Below, one piece after another: positions 58,040-64,000 of a stretch of DNA of 64,000 nt. The notes below the pieces were generated by a model. It searched no databases. It saw only the letters and a program-made list of their open reading frames with translations, and was not told where the DNA came from. Position 1 is the stretch's first letter. Each line of letters begins with the position of its first letter. A program made the translations under genes and the position numbers. This DNA is from an uncultured Flavobacteriaceae bacterium (GTDB taxonomy: Bacteria > Bacteroidota > Bacteroidia > Flavobacteriales > Flavobacteriaceae). The stretch is taken from contig CALSPF010000002.1 in assembly GCA_943788165.1 (NCBI GenBank), forward strand, positions 384,909 through 448,908, in the 5' to 3' direction.

Positions 58040-58897
58040 TTATAAAACGTTGAGTAGTTGCTCTTTTATTTTTTCCAATTCATCTTTCATTTGCACGACA
58101 AGTTTTTGCATGCCCGCATGATTTGCTTTTGAACCAATGGTGTTTATCTCTCTTCCCATTTCTTGTGCAATAAAGCCAAGTTTTTTTCCATTGGTAGTAT
58201 CTTGCTCCATGATTTCATGGAAGTAGTCAAGATGATTAGCCAAGCGAACCTTTTCTTCTGTAATATCGTATTTTTCTAGATAATAAATCAATTCTTGCTC
58301 TAAGCGATTTTGATCTACTTCAAGCTTCAATTGATCGAGCGATGCATTTAGTTTTTCGGTGACTCGCTCTTTCCGTTCTGGGTCTATAGCAATGACATCC
58401 TTCAGTAGTTGATCAATGCTTGCCAAACGAATGCTAAAGTCTTTTGTCAAAGCGATTCCCTCGTCTTTCCGATGTTGATTGACTTTTTCAAGTGTGGCTG
58501 AAAAAAGCGCAAGCAGGGCTTCTTTCTCCTTCTCATCGACGGCTTCTTTGGCTGTTTTTAGTACATCGGGCAAGCGAACGGCCATTTTAAGCAATTCGGT
58601 TGTGTCTCCTTGATGGATGTCTTTGAGTTGATTTATGTAGGATTGGATAACGTCTTTATTCAATACCGTGGAAGTTTCTCCAACAGAATTTTCAACGAAT
58701 ATAGAAACGTCAATTTTTCCTCGCACCAATTTTTTATTGATATCTCCACGAAGAATTGATTCTAACTCTCTGTAACAATGCGGAGTCCTAAAGTTCAGAT
58801 CGATATTTTTACTATTAAGTGTGCGTACTTCAATGGTGATTTTTTTATTTGCAAAATGGGTTTCACCTTTTCCAAACCCGGTCATTGATAGGATCAT
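58040..58897 (-). CDS. YicC-family stress-induced protein
   Basis: MTGFGKGE N-terminus and the C-terminal DUF1732-like region EMGREINTIGSKAN. Confidence 0.9.
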   Translation of the reverse strand: MILSMTGFGKGETHFANKKITIEVRTLNSKNIDLNFRTPHCYRELESILRGDINKKLVRGKIDVSIFVENSVGETSTVLNKDVIQSYINQLKDIHQGDTTELLKMAVRLPDVLKTAKEAVDEKEKEALLALFSATLEKVNQHRKDEGIALTKDFSIRLASIDQLLKDVIAIDPERKERVTEKLNASLDQLKLEVDQNRLEQELIYYLEKYDITEEKVRLANHLDYFHEIMEQDTTNGKKLGFIAQEMGREINTIGSKANHAGMQKLVVQMKDELEKIKEQLLNVL

Positions 58898-58904
58898 TTG
58901 GTAG

Positions 58905-59651
58905 TTATAATTCTTTAATTTTTATGTTTCGGAAAGCGACTTTATCTCCATGGTCTTGAAGGCCAATTTTCCCTGTTTTAAATTGTCCAAATTTTGGTGC
59001 ATGTGTGTAATGGGGTAAACTTGTGTCGCCAAATTTTGATGCGGCAATCAAGGCTTCCCATTCTGGCCCATGCACGGGAAAGGTAACAATTTCAGTTCCA
59101 TTTAAAACTACTCTTCCGTTATTATTATTGTGATCAATGGTCAATACCACATGATTCCATTCTCCGGCAGGATTACATACATCTACAGTGGGTTGCACCA
59201 TATCGTAAAGCGCTCCAGCTTGGTGGTATTTTGGATTGGCCAATGCGTCTGGGTGACGTTCGTTGTCAAGGATCTGAATTTCGGGTCCTGTGAGGTAGGG
59301 CTCTCCAAATTCTTCGCCTTCTTGAACAGCCCAAAAAAGACCACTGTTACCCACTTCAGCTACCTTCCATTCGATGGATAAAATAAAACTAGTGAATTCA
59401 CGGTCGGTGACAATGTTCTTTCCACCATCACCATAATTTCTTTTTTTAGCAGGATCAAAGACCAAGGTGTTGTCCACCACACTCCATTCGTCTTCTATAG
59501 TTGTACCGTTATACTGGTGCCATCCGTTTAGTGTTTCTCCATCAAAGAGAGAAATCCATTCATTGTTCTTTATTGTGACTGCTTTTTTTGTGATTCCTTG
59601 GCAAGAGGAAAGTAAAAGGAAGCTAACGAGTAGGGATACAAAATTCTTCAT
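58905..59651 (-). CDS. DUF1080 (3-keto-disaccharide hydrolase family) secreted protein
   Basis: Signal peptide, WISLFDGETLNGWHQY, and C-terminal GKIGLQDHGDKVAFRNIKIKEL. Confidence 0.85.
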   Translation of the reverse strand: MKNFVSLLVSFLLLSSCQGITKKAVTIKNNEWISLFDGETLNGWHQYNGTTIEDEWSVVDNTLVFDPAKKRNYGDGGKNIVTDREFTSFILSIEWKVAEVGNSGLFWAVQEGEEFGEPYLTGPEIQILDNERHPDALANPKYHQAGALYDMVQPTVDVCNPAGEWNHVVLTIDHNNNNGRVVLNGTEIVTFPVHGPEWEALIAASKFGDTSLPHYTHAPKFGQFKTGKIGLQDHGDKVAFRNIKIKEL

Positions 59652-59661
59652 GGGTATAAAA

Positions 59662-60714
59662 TTAGAGATTTAGTATTTTTCGTAGATGAGCTTGGTCTTT
59701 ATTGCCCCCTGCAAAATCATCAAAGGTTTTTTCTGTCGCTTCAATAATGTGTTTCGCAATAAAGGCAGCTCCTTCACTGGCACCTTGTTGGGGGCTTTTA
59801 ATACAGCATTCCCATTCCATAACGGCCCAAACGTCGCAGCCGTATTCAGTAAGTTTACTGAAGATGCTTTTAAAATCAATTTGTCCATCTCCGGGGGAGC
59901 GGTATCGACCTGCGCGGTTTCGCCACTGGCCATATCCACCAAAAGCGCCTTTTTTTCCATTTGGCTTGAATTCAGCATCTTTTACATGAAAAGTTTTGAT
60001 GAATTCATGGTAATGGTCAATATAGGTAATGTAGTCCAATTGCTGTAACACAAAATGACTTGGGTCGTATAAAATATTGACTCGTTTGTGATTGTTTGTT
60101 GCAGCGAGAAAACGCTCAAAGGTTTCTCCGTCATGTAAATCTTCTCCGGGGTGAATTTCATAGCAAACATCTACACCATTTTCGTCAAATGTATCGAGAA
60201 TGGGAAGCCACCTGTCGGCCAATTCTTTGAAGCCAAGCTCGACTAGACCATCGGGTTGTTGTGGCCATGGATGAAAATAGGGCCAAAGCAAGGAGCCAGA
60301 AAAAGTTGCATGCGCATCAAGACCAAGACGACGACTAGTAACCCCCGCTTTTTTAACTTGGTCTATTGCCCAAGCGGTTCGCGCTTTTGGATTGTTCTTG
60401 ACTGCCGTAGGAGCAAAGTTGTCAAACATTAAATCGTAGGCTGGATGGACGGCAACCAATTGCCCTTGTAAATGAGTAGAGAGCTCGGTTATTTCTAGTC
60501 CATAGGAATTGATTTTTCCTTTAAAGTCATCGCAATAGGTTTGGCTTTCGGCAGCGGTATCTAAATCGATCAACCATTTGTCCAGAGTAGGGAGTTGAAT
60601 GCCTTTGTAGCCAAGATCAGCAGCCCACTTACACAAACCATCTAAGCTGTTGAATGGGGCTTGCTGGTCAATAAATTGAGCAAGAAAAACGGCAGGTCCT
60701 TTAATAGTTTTCAC
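59662..60714 (-). CDS. Xylose-isomerase-like TIM-barrel protein (sugar phosphate isomerase/epimerase family)
   Basis: Family-level resemblance; operon context with a Gfo/Idh/MocA gene. Confidence 0.75.
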   Translation of the reverse strand: MKTIKGPAVFLAQFIDQQAPFNSLDGLCKWAADLGYKGIQLPTLDKWLIDLDTAAESQTYCDDFKGKINSYGLEITELSTHLQGQLVAVHPAYDLMFDNFAPTAVKNNPKARTAWAIDQVKKAGVTSRRLGLDAHATFSGSLLWPYFHPWPQQPDGLVELGFKELADRWLPILDTFDENGVDVCYEIHPGEDLHDGETFERFLAATNNHKRVNILYDPSHFVLQQLDYITYIDHYHEFIKTFHVKDAEFKPNGKKGAFGGYGQWRNRAGRYRSPGDGQIDFKSIFSKLTEYGCDVWAVMEWECCIKSPQQGASEGAAFIAKHIIEATEKTFDDFAGGNKDQAHLRKILNL

Positions 60715-60726
60715 GTGCTTATTGTT

Positions 60727-61860
60727 TTATAGGTTCACCCAAACGTTTCCGTTTTTGTGTGATTCAATTACTTTTTCGATAAAGAGCATTCCACGCACTC
60801 CTTCTTCTAAATCTGGATAAGCTCCATGAATAAAGTCATGTCCTAGAATAGCTTTGGCAACACCTTTGTAAATGTTTCCCATTGCATCAAAAAGTCCTTC
60901 GGGATGTCCCGGAGGTAATTTCGTGCCTTCCAATGAAAATGTGTTCAGGAAGTCATGTCCAGGTTTGAGTACCTGTAAAGGTTTTCCTTCTTGAAGGAAG
61001 GTAAGGTAATTCGGATTTTCTTGTGCCCATTTTAAACTACCGCTTTCGCCATAGATTTGAACGGTAAAATTGTTTTCTTCGGCAGTGGCAATTTGTGAAA
61101 CTCGAAGTACCCCTTTACAATATTCAGAAAAACGCACTAAAATTGTTCCGTCGACATCCATTTCATTATCTGGATAACGGTAATTTAAATCGGCCAACAA
61201 GGTCTTAACCCGCATGTTGGTGACATATTCAAGCATATCAAATGCATGGGTGCCAATATCGCCAATACAGCAACTAATCCCTCCTTTTTCGGGGTCAAGC
61301 CGCCAAACAGATTTGCGTTGTTCAGGGTCGTGAATGACCGGATTGATCCATCCTTGGTAGTATTGTAGGTCAACTTTTTGTACAGCGCCAATAGCTCCTT
61401 CAGCAATCATTTGTTTCATTTGCCGCACCATTGGATAGCCCGTATAAGTGTAAGTCACAGCAAAAACAACCTGTTTTTCGTTTTGTATTGTTTGTAGCTC
61501 AAGTGCTTCGGCATGGGTTGTGGTCAGGGGTTTTTCACAAATGATATTAAACCCGTTTTCCAATAATTTCTTTGCCATGGGGAAATGGAGGAAATTGGGT
61601 GTAAGTACAGAGACAACTTGCATGCGTTCTTCAGAAGGTAGTTTTAGTTCTTCCTCAATGAGAATGTCAAAACTAGCATACACTCGATTGGAAGCTATGC
61701 CTATGTGTGCTGCAAAATTCTTATTATCTGTTGGATTAGGATTAAAACATCCACCAACAATTTGGTAGTAGTCAAACATATTGGCAGCAATGCGATGGAC
61801 AACCCCTATGAGGGAGTCGCCTCCTCCGCCAAGAATTCCTAAACGTATTTTATGTTTCAC
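60727..61860 (-). CDS. Gfo/Idh/MocA-family oxidoreductase
   Basis: N-terminal Rossmann RLGILGGGGDSLIG and EKPL motif (ICEKPLTT). Confidence 0.88.
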   Translation of the reverse strand: MKHKIRLGILGGGGDSLIGVVHRIAANMFDYYQIVGGCFNPNPTDNKNFAAHIGIASNRVYASFDILIEEELKLPSEERMQVVSVLTPNFLHFPMAKKLLENGFNIICEKPLTTTHAEALELQTIQNEKQVVFAVTYTYTGYPMVRQMKQMIAEGAIGAVQKVDLQYYQGWINPVIHDPEQRKSVWRLDPEKGGISCCIGDIGTHAFDMLEYVTNMRVKTLLADLNYRYPDNEMDVDGTILVRFSEYCKGVLRVSQIATAEENNFTVQIYGESGSLKWAQENPNYLTFLQEGKPLQVLKPGHDFLNTFSLEGTKLPPGHPEGLFDAMGNIYKGVAKAILGHDFIHGAYPDLEEGVRGMLFIEKVIESHKNGNVWVNL

Positions 61861-61861
61861 C

Positions 61862-63094
61862 CTATTGTTTTTTTAATACGATTTTCTCCTCCTTAAAGAT
61901 AAGCATAAAAAGAATGAGTACGCCAATGGCAAATGCAGCTGGAAGGAGCCAAATGGCCTCCCAATTATGCTGCCCATTTTCAAGGAGGTAGGTGTCTGAT
62001 ACTTTTCCAGCAACCCAGAAACCAATGAGCATTCCAATACCATAAGTGGCAAGGGTAATTAATCCCTGTGCAGCGCTTTTTACTTTTTCACCCGCTTTAA
62101 AGTCGGTATAAATTTGACCCGAGACAAAGAAAAAATCATAGCATATTCCATGTAATGCGATGCCTATAATTAGCATAAAGGTATACTCTCCTGCATTGCC
62201 ATAGGCAAATAATGTATAGCGTATCGCCCAAGCGAGCATTCCAACCAGGATTGTTTTTTTGAATCCAAATTTTTTAAAGAAAAACGGAAGAAGTAACATA
62301 AACAAGACCTCACTAATTTGTCCAAGGGTCATTTTACCTGTTGGATTTTCCATCCCTAATTCAACCAAAAACGGATTGGCTTGTTGATAGTAAAAAGCTA
62401 ATGGAATACAAATTAAAATAGAGGTAATGAAGAACATAGAAAAATTTCGGTCCTTCAGAAGTTTTAAAGCATCAAAGCCAAGAATATCTCCCAAGGAGAG
62501 TTTTTCTCCACCAGTATTGGAAGGGGGTGTTTTGGGTAAGCTAAAACTAAAGACTCCCAAAACTGTTGAGGCAATGGCAACCATGATAAAGGTGTTTGCT
62601 AAAGCACCATTTGCAATGGCATCTTGTGCATCCCAGCGGAACCAGTAACTGATAAATAACCCAGCTACAATCCATCCCAGCGTTCCAAAAACCCGAATGA
62701 TGGAAAATTCTTTTGCAGGGTCTTTCATTTGATAAAAAGAAACGGAATTCACCAGCGCTAAGGTTGGCATATATACCAGCATATACCCAAACACATAGGG
62801 GTAGAAACCGTTAAAGTCTCCAGCCTGAGCCATGAGATACATGAGCACAGCTCCAATGAGATGAAGAACACCCAAAATGCGTTCTGCATTAAAAAATCGA
62901 TCGGCAATTAATCCTATAAATACAGGGGCAATAATGGCTCCCCAGGATTGGGTGGAAAAGGCCATGCCAATTTCTGCGCCGCTAGCGCCTAGATTTGCAC
63001 CTAAAAAAGTGCCAAGGGTAACAAACCAGCCTCCCCAAATAAAGAATTGAAGAAACATCATGATGGACAATTGTACTTTGGTTGTCGAATTCAT
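61862..63094 (-). CDS. MFS transporter of the nucleoside:H+ symporter (NupG/XapB-like) family
   Basis: LSIMMFLQFFIWGGWFVTLG N-terminus; 12 TM helices. Confidence 0.8.
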   Translation of the reverse strand: MNSTTKVQLSIMMFLQFFIWGGWFVTLGTFLGANLGASGAEIGMAFSTQSWGAIIAPVFIGLIADRFFNAERILGVLHLIGAVLMYLMAQAGDFNGFYPYVFGYMLVYMPTLALVNSVSFYQMKDPAKEFSIIRVFGTLGWIVAGLFISYWFRWDAQDAIANGALANTFIMVAIASTVLGVFSFSLPKTPPSNTGGEKLSLGDILGFDALKLLKDRNFSMFFITSILICIPLAFYYQQANPFLVELGMENPTGKMTLGQISEVLFMLLLPFFFKKFGFKKTILVGMLAWAIRYTLFAYGNAGEYTFMLIIGIALHGICYDFFFVSGQIYTDFKAGEKVKSAAQGLITLATYGIGMLIGFWVAGKVSDTYLLENGQHNWEAIWLLPAAFAIGVLILFMLIFKEEKIVLKKQ

Positions 63095-63110
63095 ATTGTT
63101 TTAGTGTTGG

Positions 63111-63980
63111 TTATACAAGTTGTTTCGCTTTTTCGAGCAATACTTTTTTAGTGGCCAAAATGCCGTCAATTTCAGCAAGCTTTTCTCCTTCATATTCTAC
63201 GCCAATAAAGCCTGTGTAACCACTCTGCTTTACTAATTTAAGCATTCGCAAATAATCGGTGTGCGTTTCATTGCCAGCTATATCAAAATCATGGGATTTA
63301 GCACTTACAGCAAATGCTCGAGGAAGTAATTCTTCTACGCCCTGATAACGGTCGTATTCGCTTATGCATTTTGCCCCCCATCGTGCGTTCCCTTCACGTT
63401 TCAGGCAAAAATTCCCAAAATCAGGTAAAGTGCCACAGTTAGAAAGGTTCACCTGCTCGAGCATTTCCATTACTAAGGCTGCGTTGGAGGAGAGATAGCC
63501 ATGGTTTTCAACAAGAATATTCACTTTGCAAGCGGCGCTAAATTCCCCCAATTTCCGCATACTCTCTGCAGAATAATCTTTCCATTTTTTTTCGTTGTCT
63601 TCGCCAAATAAATTGATACGGATGGAGTGACAACCCATAGCAGCAGCTGTTTCAATCCAAGCCTTGTGATTTTCAATAGCCTTGTTGCGTTTTACGACAC
63701 TGGAAACAGCCAGGTCTCCCTCGTCATCAATCATGATCAAGACATTTTCCACATTGTGTTCTTTGGCCTTTGCATTGGAAGTCGCAATAAACGTTTTCAA
63801 GGCTGCTGGCTTGTCTTTGCCTTTCATTACGTCGGTATACAATTGATTGACATATTCAATTCCTTCAAACCCAAGTTCGCTCGCTTTTGTGGCAAAGTCG
63901 TATGGATTGAGTTGCCCGTCTTGGATTGCTTTGTGCAGCGACCATTGCGCGAGTGAGAGCTTGAAAAATGGAGTTGACAT
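63111..63980 (-). CDS. Xylose-isomerase-like TIM-barrel protein (hydroxypyruvate-isomerase-like)
   Basis: Family-level resemblance (…CHSIRINLFGE…, …VENHGYLS…). Confidence 0.75.
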   Translation of the reverse strand: MSTPFFKLSLAQWSLHKAIQDGQLNPYDFATKASELGFEGIEYVNQLYTDVMKGKDKPAALKTFIATSNAKAKEHNVENVLIMIDDEGDLAVSSVVKRNKAIENHKAWIETAAAMGCHSIRINLFGEDNEKKWKDYSAESMRKLGEFSAACKVNILVENHGYLSSNAALVMEMLEQVNLSNCGTLPDFGNFCLKREGNARWGAKCISEYDRYQGVEELLPRAFAVSAKSHDFDIAGNETHTDYLRMLKLVKQSGYTGFIGVEYEGEKLAEIDGILATKKVLLEKAKQLV

Positions 63981-64000
63981 AGAAGTATGACTGGTTAAAA

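Noticed and set aside
1-64000. tRNA, rRNA, tmRNA, transposase, integrase, toxin-antitoxin or defence-system genes
   Set aside because: Every intergenic gap over 100 nt was read by eye. No tRNA-like T-arm/anticodon architecture was seen, and no ORFs had the corresponding hallmark motifs. A covariance-model scan (tRNAscan-SE/Infernal) would be needed to be certain.

Overview
AT-rich chromosomal segment that looks like Bacteroidota, probably Flavobacteriia. Support: TAnnTTTG -7 boxes upstream of many genes, DUF2480 after the suf operon, choice-of-anchor B and DUF1080 proteins, and a TonB-dependent receptor behind a TPP riboswitch. I found no tRNA, rRNA, CRISPR array, transposase or integrase. 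Gene content is mostly housekeeping: (i) a surface-polysaccharide cluster (3-9737) with a PglC/D/E/F-like module for a 2,4-diamino-2,4,6-trideoxyhexose; (ii) rplU-rpmA, ahcY, and a tightly overlapping PPTase / DUF77 / pnuC / NadR-like kinase operon followed by a TPP riboswitch and TonB-dependent receptor; (iii) greA, HIT, an orphan histidine kinase, rplM-rpsI, rpsB-tsf; (iv) polA, dxs, tadA, csp, aspS; (v) a TetR-TolC-MFP-RND efflux operon; (vi) polyprenyl synthase, lycopene cyclase, ZIP transporter, thiL; (vii) two secreted repeat/propeller-type lipoproteins; (viii) a complete sufA-B-C-D-S-E-DUF59-DUF2480 operon; (ix) nadD-gmk-yicC and a DUF1080 / TIM-barrel / Gfo-Idh-MocA / nucleoside-permease cluster. 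The least ordinary content is non-coding. A modular repeat family sits in five intergenic junctions (20.3, 21.8, 25.3, 26.5 and 29.6 kb). It is built from an AT-rich AATTAAGAAT(TAGG) module plus GC-richer CTTCGC-type cores, including an invariant 31-nt core. One copy lies directly next to a 5'-truncated four-helix-bundle (Avd / 23S-IVS-protein-like) gene fragment that is fused in frame to the remnant of a surface-protein gene. Three genes look disrupted: DUF77 (frameshift), a Rieske-like lipoprotein (frameshift), and the surface-protein remnant (in-frame stop plus truncation). I see no clearly new multi-gene protein system. All calls rest on reading the sequence and on remembered family motifs; no searches were run.
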